64,000 bases of DNA, taken from NCBI GenBank assembly GCA_030704615.1, contig CM060734.1, forward strand, positions 27,466,001-27,530,000, written 5' to 3'. A program made the position numbers and the translations under genes. Source of the stretch: Takakia lepidozioides (Eukaryota > Plantae > Bryophyta). This document shows positions 49,654 through 63,210 of the stretch, one piece after another (position 1 is the stretch's first letter; each line of letters starts with the position of its first letter). A model generated the notes under the pieces. That model had not been told where the DNA came from. It did no database searches and worked only from the letters and a program-made list of their open reading frames with translations.

Positions 49654-52600
49654 TTGCAGGTCATGACTGATTGTTCTGAGCGGGCTGAGTACTTAGAGAT
49701 TTCCAACTCTTCTATCTTGGAGTTTCCACCTTGGATAGCTAAAGGATGGGTGAGTAAAAGCCGCTCGACATTTGGCGACCATACTGGGGAACTGAGTCAA
49801 GAACAGCCAGATGTGACAGGCATCTGGTGGGATCATGGTGGATGGAGAATCAAGGAATTTGATGTGAATCAAATTCCCTGTGAAACTGAGAAAGAAATAT
49901 TATCTAAACAATTCTTGCAGAGGTTCTTGGAATTGCCAGGCGGTTGCAAGGAAAACATTCTTAAGAGAGTGCATGATGCTGATCCAGAGTGGGGTTTGGA
50001 GAAAGGAGTGATAAAGATTTATCAAGTGGCCTGTAGAGGGAGAGCAAGTTGGTTACCAACACTGGTTTATGTGATAGCATTGCTATCCATTAAACGAGTG
50101 GAGTTTGAAAGCTGGGAGGAACGGAAGGTGAATGTTTACACTCACATGCATGAAGAACTTGAACTGGGAAAGAATTGGATTCCTAAGGATATCTTGTGGA
50201 TCAAACTTACACCAAGAACAGCTTTTCAGACGTGCTTGCCATATGGTTATATGGTAACGGAGCCTTCTAGTATAGCCAAGGGTGCATTAAAGCTTGAAAG
50301 AAATCCAGGCATATACGAGAGATACTACATAAGAGAGTTTTGGTTATTGCCTCATTAAAGATATGAAAGACATGGGACATGAGTGATGAAAGGGAAGCGA
50401 GACTCCACAGATATTCAGCGAAAAGAGAAAGTTATTTGAAAGCTAATTATCCATATCTCTGGGAGAGAGGGATAGACATAGGGGAATCATCTGGACCTCT
50501 CACACCATTAAGGCCAGAGAGTACATTACCCATACCGGAAGAACCAGAGTTGGATGCCACTCCTTCTTATTCTTTACAAGAAAGATTAAGGGATTTGGTA
50601 CAGGAAGAAGATCAACCACGAGGGGAAAGATCTGAGGTACATCCCTTGGTTAAAGATTTGACAAATTTTTTTGATCAGATTTGGCATGGAATACCAAGAG
50701 CAGGAACTCCAGTTTCTGAAACACAAGACAAAGAAGGAGAGGAAGATGTGGCAGAGCCAACAAAGAGTTCAGAATCTCCAACACCACTACAGTTGAGTTA
50801 TATGAGTGAGGTAGAAGAAATCCAAGAGAAGAACTTGGAAGATGAAAACAGAGAGAAGAATTTGGAAGATGAGGAGTATGAAGAAGTAGACCCAACAGTT
50901 GAGGTTGAGACTACAACCAGGACATCCCAACTTGTTGGATTTGGATCAAGTGGAGCACTTGGATCACAGGCCAACATAGGTGTCAGCTCAGGGGGATCAG
51001 GCGGACAGCTTGGATCTGGCTCTGGGGGGACAGGGAGTGTGGGAAGTAGTGCAACTGGAGCTGAGGGTACTGCAAGTACAGGGGGGCCAGTAGCAGGGAG
51101 TGCTCAGGGGCCAACACCTGGTGGGAGTTCCACCACTACAGCACCTACAAGTGGACCAGCACCCGTCAGAGGGCAGGGTGTTGGGCCACAGATGGCGGTA
51201 CCTCCAACACGGGCAAAGCCACATTTTCCAATATATGCAGGAAAAGGGGATCATGATGTACACATCAGCCAATTCGAGCACATGTGTATTGTGAACAATG
51301 AGAATGGCGATGATGCCAAAATGAGACTGTTTCCTTGTTCACTTATCAAAAAAACAAATGAATGGTATGCAAGGTTTCCTAGTAATCATTTCATAACCTG
51401 GAATGGCCTTAGTACAGCATTCTGAAACAGGTTCAGGACAAGCAAAACTGAGGATGAAGTGTATGGGAGTTTACAACAGTTGAGGCAAAAGAAGCATGAA
51501 ACTGTTGAAGAATATATGGAAAAGATGGAGTTAATGATGAAAAAGCTGGCTGCTGTACCAGCACCAGGATTACAGAAGACTTGGTTTGTGAGTGGACTAA
51601 GACCCAAATTACAAAAAAAAGTGGATATGCTACCCCATAATACAGTGGAGGAGGCGTTCAAAACAGCCAACAGAATTGAGCAATTGGGAATGCTCAGGAG
51701 AGATAAACGGGATGATGATGACTTTGAGGATGAGTCAGATGAGGAGGAAGAGCAAGAGCTCAGGAGGAAGAGCAAGAAGAAGGAAAAGTTGAAGAGGGAC
51801 AACTATGAAAAAAGATTGGAAGAAATCTTGAAAAAGTACGCCACAGAGGCTGCAACACATTGGAGGAAGGGTGTTTGGTGTGCAAAGTGCCAAAATGAAG
51901 GCCATACCACAGCTGAATGCTACATGAAAGAGAAACATTGTACTATCTATAAAATGGATAACCATTCTACTGAGAATTGTTATTACAATAGAAGGACAGC
52001 TACAAGAGAACCTAGGCAAGTGAGGGTGCATCAAGTGCAACCACAGCCAAGAAGAAACAATGACCAGGACCACTATGGTAGGCCTGGTGGATATAACAAT
52101 GGTGTGGCAGGAAGAGGTAATCCAAGAGGGAATTACCAAGGCAATCCAAGAGGCAACTATCAGGGTAATCCAAGGGGGAATTACCAGCCAGGGAATCAGG
52201 ATTATAGAAATAATCCCAGAATAGACCAAGGGCAAGGACCCAATGGTGAAAAACTGTGTTACTATTGTAACCAGGCAGGACATCGCAAAGCAGCCTGTCC
52301 ATTATCACTTGAATGAGATGAGAGCTCCTGTGAATGAGGGCCCAGTAGTGGCAGCTCACATGGTTATGCCATGTTTTGTACCAGAAGTAAGTACAATGAT
52401 AGTTACCAGAAGCAAAGCTAAACTATTACCTCCAGTGGATGAGGAAGAAGATGTTAATAAAGATGGCAGTGATGTGCTTGAAGATGATGAGGCATGGAGA
52501 GATGAGAAGGAACTGCACAAGGAAGTGGCTGATACCATAAGGGAAATGCAGAAGGATACTGATATCCCTATGGCAGATTCTTCTGACTCTGAAAGAGAAG

Positions 52601-53400
52601 ATGAAGAAGGTGAAGATGAAGTGAAGCAAGAGGCTTCACAGGTGCAAGATAATGAAGGGGCTTTTGCTGAAGTAATATGCTAGTCCAAAGCTGAGATTAC
52701 AATTGGGCAACTGTTGGCTGTGGCACCCCATTGTAGACACAGGTTGTATCAAGCAATCAATCAGATTGCTCATGTGATAGAGAATACAGACCTGAACAGC
52801 AAGGTGACAAGTTATAATGTGAAACCTGAAGGGCCAGAAACCGTCATGGACTTTGATGATTCCATGCCAGTAATCCAATTGAGAATTGGAAGCACAGACC
52901 TGACTGATGTACTGATAGATGGAGGCTCAAGAGTGAATATCATGACAGACCAATTAAGGCAGAAGCTTGGTCTGAATAACATGAAACCAGCCCCATTCAC
53001 AGTAACAATGGCAGATCAAAGGAGTGTACAGCGATTAGGCTTGATAAGAGGAGTAAAGATACAGATTCAGAAGATGATCTTTAAGATCACAGTGACTGTG
53101 TTGAAAATGGATGATGTCATGGAAGCTTATTCCTTATTGCTGGGTCGACCATGGCTGAAACAGGCCAGGGTATTCCATGACTGGAATTCCCAGTTACTGA
53201 CTGTGCATGATGGGAAGCACAAGATACAGATCACCACTAAGAAATCTGGTAGGCTACCTGCTACACGAAGACCTCGTGGAGTCAGAGAGTATGACTGGAG
53301 GGGAGGGCTTGATGATGAGCAGGAAGCTACTCTGTTTGCTGCACACCCAGAGTGGGAGCAGGTTGCAGAAATGCAACTGGGTAGTGTGGAGGAACATTGA
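49654..53400 (+). mobile_element. Non-chromovirus Ty3/gypsy remnant: 5' extra ORF (49654-50358), long gag (50379-52316, one internal stop), protease (52714-53400); truncated before RT
   Basis: Retrotrans_gag-like YAGKGDHDVHISQFE..RLFPCSL..LRQKKHETVEEY; zinc knuckles CAKCQNEGHTTAEC and CYYCNQAGHRKAAC; aspartic protease VLIDGGSRVNIM and LLLGRPWL. Confidence 0.88.
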
Positions 53401-55493
53401 AAGATATGGCATTGCTGATGCCGCCAGGATGAGTTCTACCAACTCTTTTCAATAATGCTCTGTATTCTTGTATTGTTCGTTCTCAACTATTTCTCAACAC
53501 AAATACTGTAATTGAATTGGAGAATAGTTAGTGTTTAAATTATTCTCTATTGATACACTGGCTCGAGTTGCCGCCATCGCCCGCAATGAGGCGGCAGGGT
53601 AAAAGCAGACTACGGTGTCTACATTTTCGTGTCACAGCAGTGTTTTACATGACATAGTTTGATTCAATTGTACCTTAGAGACAAATTTTTATTACAATGA
53701 TGAAATGGGACTCACTCTTATGTTTCCAATTACTACAAGCTATAATCTTTAAATTCTCACCAAGACGTAAAGTTGATTTGTCGAAGTAATGGATTTTAGA
53801 AAATTGCATACGTAGTGTCACAGTCCATAAAAAGACTTCTTATGGACTTTTTGCACTCATTATAGAAAACAAATAGGATAAAAGGGACTCATATTAGTAT
53901 TGCTCTACTCTTTAAGATACTAAAAGTCCTATAAAAAAACATCCAAAAAGTGAAATTTCTTATTTCTATATATTATTGTGAGCCTCGAAAAACTGATTTT
54001 TGCCAAAGTACATTAATGCATGGAAACAAGTAAAACAATGGACTTGCTTCACTAAAAGATACATTTCATGTAGATGAAGAGTAGCCCGAGTCCCACTATG
54101 CGATATAATGAAAATATAAAATGTAGAAAATAAAATAAGAAAATAGAAATAATTATAGCTTGTACTAGGAAAAATAGAAATAATGCCATAGTGTCTGTTA
54201 CTGTCAACTTTAGATGGTTCATATCTTTCAGCATGGATGAATCTAGCGACTATAATCTTTCTATAATCATCAAATCAAAACTCTAAAAAACCTTGGGACT
54301 TCTTGTGTACGCCACATAGTGGACTTTTTCTAGCCACCGGGCAAGGGATGCATTTGAGGATGGTTTGGTACCTGTGCTTGAGGTCCATCCGATTCCAAAG
54401 GTGACAGTCTTTTTTCCTCAAGATGAGATAGATTATATTCGCGAGACACGGGGTTACAAGTATTGCTATAGGTTGTATGGTAGACGAGCATGCATCCCAT
54501 CACCAACTCTCTCCCCTCCTTCAACACCCTAGTCTGAATCGTGATGTTTGTGAAACGGATATACATGTGCGTGCCGCTTAGCTACCAACAAGACGATTAC
54601 AACTTTGAACAAAGAAAATTGTATTTGCACTGGAAATGTGTGGCATTGTTTGAGCACCGTTTTGGCTTTTGAATCAATGGAAGGGTAACATGATAACTTA
54701 CGTCCCTGCTTCCGAGTGTCCCTTTAGGTTTAGGGGTGTTCTCGAGCACTAATATGTCCGACGTGACGCACATCTGGATGGGACCAGCCCTCAACTTCCA
54801 TTGGAGGCTCCACAGATACTAACTGGATAGAGCAAGTTGCAGCAACTAGTACCGTGCGGAGGCTCAAGGCTATCCAAATTCAAGGCATACCACAATTTGT
54901 TTCCTGCCTTGAGTTCTTCACATGTTATGTAATATCAAGCACTAGCAATGCAATCTTATCGTTCACATGACAACCCCGATCTGGATTTTTAAGTATCACG
55001 TGCCAAGGTAAACAACCATTGTTAAACCATTATCTTGCCTGCCCCTATCCAAGACAGATAATACAAACATGAACTACCAGATTGTCAGTGAATTGATCCT
55101 CAAATTGTTAACATATTATCCGGAACTAGAACGGCAACAACAAATGAGAAGCGTGAAGCCCAAAGAAGCCATTATGAAAACCTCAAAAGAGAGCACTTTG
55201 GACAAATTTTAAGCCAAAGTGCACATGGTCCTGTCATCCAATTTTGTCTATGATTGCGGATTTTTCCTAATCATATGTTATGATGTAGATGTGTTTTAAA
55301 TTGCCCTATCTGATTCTGACAAGCTAGGGGACTGCTGAGAATGCTACTCTCAAAGGCAGATCCCGACTTCTGCACAATCTAATCATCTTATCTCACATGG
55401 AAGATGGGATAACACCAGCTTGTTGAAGACGAAGGTTACAATAGGAATACGGAGACCCCTTTGTCTTATTCTGTATAAGGTCCTTATCTCCAT

Positions 55494-55613
55494 GGGGGCT
55501 GTTATTTCATGAGCCATGAACCATGAGCAGCATGAGCCATGAGCAGACTCGTAACTATTGAAAAAACCATGAGCAGGAATTTTTTTCAGAAATGATTGTC
55601 CACAGGAATAGGG
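55494..55613 (+). mobile_element. Short CATGAGC-rich element
   Basis: GGGGGCTGTTATTTCATGAGC + CATGAGC repeats ... GTCCACAGGAATAGGG. Confidence 0.65.
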
Positions 55614-56920
55614 TTTGGGGTGTCACGGTCATAGGGGGACAAGGACCTCCCGATGAAGGAGGTTGGGCAATGTTTTTTAGAATTACATATTGAAAGGCAA
55701 TGTTTTGCGAATGGTAGGGTGGTACTACTCAATACAATGGGCGCCCATTACAGCCTACCAGGCACTTCCAAAATCCACCCCCACTCCCAATCCGAACCGA
55801 TATGACGAATGATGCATTGTGAGAACGATGGATGCCTGAATAGAACAAAAATGAGGGCACAATGGGGTTTTATGATCGACATGAATTGCATTTTAAGCAC
55901 GTCTATTGTGCTGATGGTGCAAACAAATCTATAGCCTTATGCCTTCTGAATACAAATCACGTGGTCAACGGAACTTTGACTGCTCTAAAAACTAGATCAT
56001 GAGTCATCGGGCTCCTACATGTAAACTGGATTGCAGCCGCCCCTGTTCATGTTCACCACAATGTCGTGCCCTTCAATCATTTCACCATCGAATATGGAAA
56101 GCTTGACTTACACCAATGCAAATGTCCCCATACAATGGAGAAGAGGACCGCACTCCTTCAGGAGTATACGTCTCCCCGATGGAGTCCACCCCGGTCCACT
56201 GGCAGCAGTTCCACCGCAACAGCATAACAGTGCTCATTCTTCCGCATGGGTGCACGTCGTAACTGGGAAAATTGGAATCAAGGATGTGTAAGAGCCACGG
56301 ACTCCGCAGACCAAGATCGCCACCCCGCTCAAAGGCGTAGTGGCCTGGAATATACTCATAAGCTGACAATGTTTCCACATTTTCCCCACAACCTTCTGTG
56401 GAAACTGTGTGCCAGATAACAATGTCTCCCGATGTGGCCATATACATTGCATAATCGAAGCCTCCATAAGGGCAATCATCGTGGTTCCGCAAGCACGACA
56501 TCCTTGCAAAGGAGGATTTTGGATGTGTGTGTTGTCGATGACAATGACCTTGCAGACTGCAAGGAAGCCCTTTGATTTTCCCCCTTATGACAAGCGGAAG
56601 AGAACTGCTGGCTCCAATAATGGAGGAACTGGGTCCCACCTCCCCGCCTGTCATTGTGTAACGTGTTAATCACGCCAGCAACGGATGCTTACTCATTCTC
56701 GTCCACGGGGAATAGTCCGCCACCTGCCACCGAAGTCCACCCCCCCAGATAGAAATTTGGCGCCGCATTTATATCGAAGGGGAGACGGATGAAGTCATTC
56801 GGAGGGGCGATAGGCCCACCTGGCAAACCGGGTGACACTTACGGCCCATAGTTTGCATGACACGGATGGAAACTAAAACGGCTACATTCATGGAGCCGCC
56901 ACTTTTCATCCATGCAAGTA

Positions 56921-59900
56921 TGTCGCGGCCCTTTGCCTTGAGGGCAGGGGGGTCGGGACACAAGAGGGGCTACCCATGTGGTGGGGGCAGTGGCAGCGAT
57001 AGGTATGGGGGGCTGAAGCACCCTTGAGTGCCCAAGGCACTCAAGGAGGCGGAGGCGCTCACTAGGTGGAGCCCCGCACACCGGGTTGCGGTGGGGGTGG
57101 CTCCACAAGGGGTGGTGGTAGCTTAGCGGGACTTAGTGGGGGTGGCATAGGACCCACCCTGAGGTGGAGACCTCGTGGTGGGAGTCGTGGGGAGTCTTGG
57201 GACTCATCACGGTCCATAGGGGCCATGGTGGGTGGGCCAAGACTCACCGCGACTCATCACCGGGAGTCGAGGGTGTTCGTGGTGGTTCACCATAAAATGG
57301 CATGGTTGTTTGTGAAACCCCTGCGGACAGCTACATAAGTATATATAGGGATTAGTAACCCCGAGAACGGTGCAAGCCCGTTGGTGACCAAAAACTAGTG
57401 AGTAAGCGAGCGAGCCGGAAAGCGACCAAAGAGTGGGGAGCTGTTCCGGACTGCCAACTACCAAAGGGAATTCCGCTGGTTCCAAATCGTTGGAGGGTTC
57501 TTTGGGAGATCAAAGGGGGACCGTTATGCCCCGGTGAGCAGCCGAAGCTCCAAGTTGGCCCGGCGGCCAGGTTGGGAGTTAGGCGCGCGCATCAAGCGAG
57601 TAACTATGACTTGAGGGGGGAGCTTACCGAAGTGAGGTGCGCGACACTTGGTATCAGAGCTTAGAGTTCAGTACGCGATCGTCCTTGGGATTGGCCTCAT
57701 CATGGGGTCGGGCAAGCCAAAGCGAAAGCGGAACGGCCCAAAAGATGATGATCCTGGTGAGCCCGATGGGGGCGACGTGTCACCGAGGCGGCCGTTTGAG
57801 GAAGCGATGCATGTTTCCAAAAAAACGAGGCCGCTCAAGAGCGGGAGGAATCTGAGGAGTCGGAGCCTGAGGAATCCCTGAGAGCTCCGACCGACCAACA
57901 GATGCCTCCCATGCCGGCAGCCTTTTGGGAAGGGTTGTTGGCGCAATTTGGCGGGACGTTGAAAGACGTGTTGAAGGCGGCTAATGCCACTTCCACTAAG
58001 GCAAAGGTGAAGCCTAAGGAACCCGACACCTTTGAGGGCGTCCAAAATCGGAAGGCACTCAACACCTGGCTCTTGGAGCTAGAGCAGTACTTCCGGACGG
58101 CCAAGTTGAGTGACGAGGATCAGGTGGAAGTGGCTCCCACCTATTTGAGGGGCTATGCTCAACAATGGTGGTAGAAACGCCTTCACGACCGAGGTCCAAG
58201 CCCGGAAACCTTGAACTGGAGTGGGTTCAAGGAATTGATGAAGAGGCAGTTTGTGCCCCTCAACGCGTCCTGGCTCGCCCGGGACAAGATGAGGAATTTG
58301 AAGCAAACAGATGACATTCGGGGATATGTCCAGGCTTTCAATGTGCTGTTGCTCAAAGTCGCGGACATGGCAGAACCAGAAATGGTCTTCAACTTTGTGG
58401 CGGAACTAGCCCCATGGGCCAGGCGGAAGTTGGAGGAGAAGCCACCTAAGACTTTGAACGAGGCAATTGAGAGGGCTGAATGTTTCTCGGATGTCCCTAA
58501 GGGTGAAAGACAAGGCCGTACGGAGCTGAACCACAAGAAGACCCGGCGGGAAGGTAACTCCTGCCAACCGGAAAAGAAGTGGGATAGGCCATGCGGCGAC
58601 AATGGCACGTGGAAATCGAAGGGAGGGCCTTCACAAGTCAAGGCGGCACCCGGTGCTTCGAAAGGAAAAGCGGGTGGAGCGGCCTATGGCGGACAGAAGG
58701 CGACCTTTGATGGAGTGTGTTTCAATTGCGGGGAGCCCGGGCACATGGCCAAGAAGTGCACGAAGCCCCGGCAATTGAACATGACTCGGGCAACCACAGA
58801 GCTATCGGAAGATACCATCAGTCGCTTGGTGGAAGCGGTGGTCGCCAGGACTTGCAAGGTAGGCAAATTTTCTTGTGAGTTGTATCAGGAAACTGGCGCC
58901 TTACGTAAAGGGAGTCAGTTATAGTTCGTGGATGGGATAATATCCGGAACTAACATGTCGTTGTTGGTGGACACAGGAGCGTCGCACTCCTTCATGACAC
59001 CGGCAACGGCACAAAAGCTAGGACTCCCGACAAGTGATGTGGGGGCCTCTATTGAGGTGTGTTCTGCCAAAGGAGAACCGCAATTGGCGACAAGTTTGGC
59101 GTTTGATGTTCCTCTCCAACTGGGGAGTTGGGAGGGACGTGAGAACTTCACCATCTGTGAGATTGATGGAGTGGATCTCATTTTGGGGATGACCTTTTTG
59201 AGCAAATCCGGAGCGGTCATAGATGGCCGCAAGAGAGTAGTCACGCTGCCATGTGGGAATGGTGGCGAGGTCTTACGAGTGTCGGAAACGCCCAAACCCG
59301 TGGGAGGGAGAATAAACCTTCTGTCAGCAAGGGAGTGGGCCATGGAGGAGGCACACAAGCCCCAGTTTTTGTTCTACATTAGAGAAGTGAAGGGAGAAGG
59401 CGATGGGGAGTCGAGCCCAGATTGGATCAAGGGGATTTGGAGAAATACTAGGATGTGATGCCGGAGGATTTACCAAACGGCTTGCCACCGCGAAGAGGAA
59501 TTGACCACAAGATTGAGGTGATACCAGGATCGGAACCGCCTGCCAAGGCGCCCTACCGGTTGAGCCACAGAGAGTTGGTCGAGCTGAAGACTCAGCTCAA
59601 AGATCTAATGTCAAAAGGGGTACATCCGGCCGAGTAAGTCACCTTACGGAGCCCCGGTGCTATTCGCAGACAAGAAGGATGGGACGCTGCGGATGTGTGT
59701 CGATTACAGGGCTTTGAATAAGGTGACTATCAAAAACCGGTACCCTTTGCCAAGGATCGACAACCTTTTCGATCGGTTGGCAGGAGCGAAGTATTTCAGC
59801 CGGATCGATCTGCGCTCCGGCTATCATCAAATTCGAGTGGCGGAAGGAGATGAGGAGAAGACTGCGTGCAAGACAAGGTATGGTTCATATGAGTTCTTGG

Positions 59901-62267
59901 TGATGCCTTTTGGACTCACCAACGCTCCCGCGACCTTTAGCACGCTGATGAACAGCCTTTTCCAGGAGTGGTTGGATGACTTTGTGATCGTGTACATCGA
60001 CGACATCTTGGTGTATTCGAAAACAAAGGAGGAGCACCTGGAGCACCTCAAAAGGGTGTTCCAGAAATGCGGGAAGGGAAGCTGTATGCCAAAACTTCAA
60101 AGTGCGAATTCGGGGTCACAAAAGTGGAGTTCCTGGGGCATGTGATTACACAGGATGGGATCAGAATGGATGACTGGAAGGTGAGGGCAATCTTGGACTG
60201 GGAGCCTCCGACTTCGGTCCCGGGAGTGCGATCCTTCCTAGGACTCGCCTCCTATTACCGGAAGTATGTGAGAAATTTCGCCAAGATCGCGGGGCCGCTG
60301 TCAGACCTTCTGTGTAAATCCAAAGTCTGGGCATGGAACACCTTTTGTGGCCAAGCTTTTGCTGAATTGAAGCGGATGGCGGAAGCTCTAGTCTTGAAAA
60401 TCCCAGAGTTCGATCGTCCGTTCGAGATTCATACAGATGCGTCGGACTTCGCGATTGGGGGTGTACTGATGCAATATGGACGTCCAGTGGCTTACGAAAG
60501 TAAGAAACTGAATGAAGTGGAGCGACGGTGGCCGACGCACGAGAAAGAGATGAAGGCGGTGATGCACTGTCTTGAGCTTTGGTGCCACTATGTTGGTTCC
60601 AACCCAGTGAAGGTGTTCACGTACAATGTCACGGTGAAGTATTTTGCCACGCAGCCCAAGTTCGTCCCCAAAACAACTTAGGTGGCAAGATACTTTGGCG
60701 GTGTTCGACGTGGATATCCAGTACAAACCGGGACGGGACAACGTGGTGGCCGATGCTTTAAGTAGAAAGCAGCAGCTCTTGTTGGTGTATAGGGGCGAGA
60801 CGGCGCTCCAAAGGAAGATCCGGAAGGCTTGCCGGAAGGAAGAGCTGGCGAAGTCCGTGATGCAGGACTTGAGGATGGGGGTTAAATCGCAGTTCCACTT
60901 GCAAAATGGACTGCTCCGGTATAAGCAAAAGCGTCTCTACATGTCGAAGGGAGGGATCAAAGATAGCCTCTTGAGAGAATGCCATGATAGCCCGCTTGCG
61001 GGCCACGGCGGAGCCAAGCGCACTGCGGCACTCTTGAAGAAAGAGTATTTCTGGCCCAAACTGAGGGAGGAGGCAGAGGAGTATGTCAAGACATGCACCA
61101 CATGCCAACAAAACCGGAGCGAGTACAAAAAGCAAGCGGGGCTGTCACAACACAATTCCAGAGGGGACTTGGGAAAGCGTCTCGATGGATTTCATGATTG
61201 CTATGCCGCTGTCAAAAGGATTCGATGCAATCATGGTGGTGGTGGACAGGTTCAGTAAAATGGGTCATTTCATCCCTACCAAGGAGACGACATTGGCGCA
61301 AGAAACAGGTCGACTTTTCGCCCACGTCTTAAAGCATCATGGAGTCCCAAAGGATATTGTCTCGGACCGCGATCCAAAGTTTACGAGTAAATTTTGGAGG
61401 GCACTTTGGAAGAAGATGGGAACAAGGCTGAAGATGAGCACCGCCTTCTGACCTACGACCGACGGCCAAACGGAAAGAGTGAATTCCGTAGTGAAGCAGA
61501 TCTTGCGAAATTACGTGTCGGCAGACCAAATAGACTGGGTGGAACACTTAGATGCGGCAGAATTCTGTTATAATAACACGGAACACTCCGCAACGGGAGT
61601 TTCCCCTTTCGTATTGGTCTATGGAAAAGCACCTCTGGTGCCCAGGACGTTGAGGAACCGGCAGTAGCGGCGGTACTGGAAGAACGCGAGCGTTTGTTGA
61701 AGCTCACAAAGTACAACATTGCCAGAGCCAAGAAACGGTATGAAAGGCAGGCGAATCGGAAGCGGAGGGAAGTGAAGTTTGAGGCAGGCACGGAGGTCTG
61801 GTTGAACATCAAGAATTTCCGACTACCTCCGGAAGTGAGTCCAAAGTTCGTACCTCTGTATGCGGGACCCTTTCGCATCCGGAAGGTTATGAATGAGGAT
61901 GTGTATGAATTGGAGCTGCCGGCAAACAGCAAGGTGCATCCAGTATTCCACGTCTCCCTTTTGAAGCCTTACTTCAAAGATGAAGCGCGTCCGAATCGGC
62001 TTCAAGTGTTGCGTCCGCCACCTGTGCTGTTGGATCATGAAAATGAACCTGAGTACGAGGTGGAGGCAGTACTTAAGTCGAGGAGGTTCAAGAACTGAGA
62101 AACGGAGTATCTCGTCAAATGGAAGGGCTATCAGCATGTGGAGGCATCTTGGGTGCGTGCCTCAGAAATAGAAAACGCATACGAGGCGGTTGCAGTTTTC
62201 GAAGGGCGACCTCAAAAGCGGAAGAAGCGTTGATGGGGACATCAACCTTGGAGCATGGGGGAGGAAA
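56921..62267 (+). mobile_element. Chromovirus Ty3/gypsy element (5' LTR 56921-57646, PBS 57649-57660, gag-PR-RT-RH-INT-chromodomain, PPT 62257-62267); 3' LTR absent
   Basis: TGTCGCG...CGCGACA LTR; TGGTATCAGAGC PBS; CFNCGEPGHMAKKC; LVDTGAS; YIDD; HTDASDF; SMDF/VSDRD; YAGPF; chromodomain EYEVEAVL..EYLVKWKGY..ASW; several stops and frameshifts. Confidence 0.96.
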
Positions 62268-62600
62268 TGCATGCTTAGCCCGGCTTAGCTAGCTTAGGAA
62301 TCCGATTGCAAAAACTTGTATTGTACAAAAATTTGTTATAAAGGAAATAGGTTCCAAATGTTGTGCGTCCTATTTTGTTTGGAATGGTGATGCATGGTGT
62401 GGTTGGCTAGTGTGTAGAATGCATGCTAGCTTACAAAAGTGGGAGAGGTAAATTGGGTTAATCGTGTGTTTGCACAGTGCCAAAATCGGGTGACTCCCAT
62501 CCAAGAGGCAAGGTACCTGTCCTAGACTGTCCTGCTCCCCTTTCACCCCCTCATCTTCTTTCTCATGTCTAGCGGACTAGTCGTTGGCTAGGCTTTCAAA

Positions 62601-62830
62601 GGGGGTTGCTATTCCATGAGCTCATGAGCTCATGAGCGGGCATGGCTCACCCATGAGCCACCAAGTAACACACTACGAGTAAATGCAAGTTTTTTTCGGG
62701 CCCAAAATGATAAAATAATCAAAAGTAGTATAAGAAGAGTAGGTTTTCGAAGATTTCCGCGCTCATGCTGGAAGCACTCTGCTCATAAGTTCCATTATCC
62801 GCTCATGACTTGGAGCCCAAGCTCATGGAC
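62601..62830 (+). mobile_element. Short CATGAGC-rich element
   Basis: GGGGGTTGCTATTCCATGAGCTCATGAGC start; inverted GCTCATG motifs at 62761-62828; right end uncertain. Confidence 0.55.
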
Positions 62831-62999
62831 CGCCAGCCCAGGTCATAGAAAAACAGAATTCTGGCCAATAACAGCACCGAAATTACCCCAGAGCAAGGCA
62901 CGCGCGCAGAATTAGGATTCGGGTTTGTAGACTCCGAAAACGTAATGATGACCTGTAACCGTGGATAGTACTGTTGCAGAAGTGCATGATGGTTGGGTA

Positions 63000-63210
63000 T
63001 AATGGTGCCGTAATTGGGCACATGAAAAGAAATAGTCGGCTGAAGGCTCGGGAGTGAAGCCAATAACGGTGCCGAAATTGGGCACCGCCAACCAAATACC
63101 CAGCTGAAGCCTGCGGAGTGCAACCAATAACGGCGCCAAAATTGGGGTCCGGAAACCAAATACCCGGCTGAAGCCTCCGCAATGCAACCAATAACAGCGC
63201 CGAAATTGAG
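63000..63210. repeat. Approximately 62-bp tandem repeat (3-4 copies)
   Basis: CCAATAAC(G/A)G(T/C)GCC(G/A)AAATTG...GCTGAAG recurring near 63060, 63124 and 63188. Confidence 0.8.

Noticed and set aside
51423-51425. Programmed stop-codon readthrough in gag
   Set aside because: The TGA falls mid-capsid domain and other nonsense changes occur nearby (TAG at 52681), consistent with mutational decay.
56082-56654. 190-aa minus-strand ORF as a gene or transposase
   Set aside because: No domain motif could be recognised and there is no splice or context support.
23695-57646. The two 726-bp LTRs as the ends of one giant element
   Set aside because: They are inverted relative to each other, visibly diverged, and each has its own PBS and gag, so they are two independent 5' LTRs.
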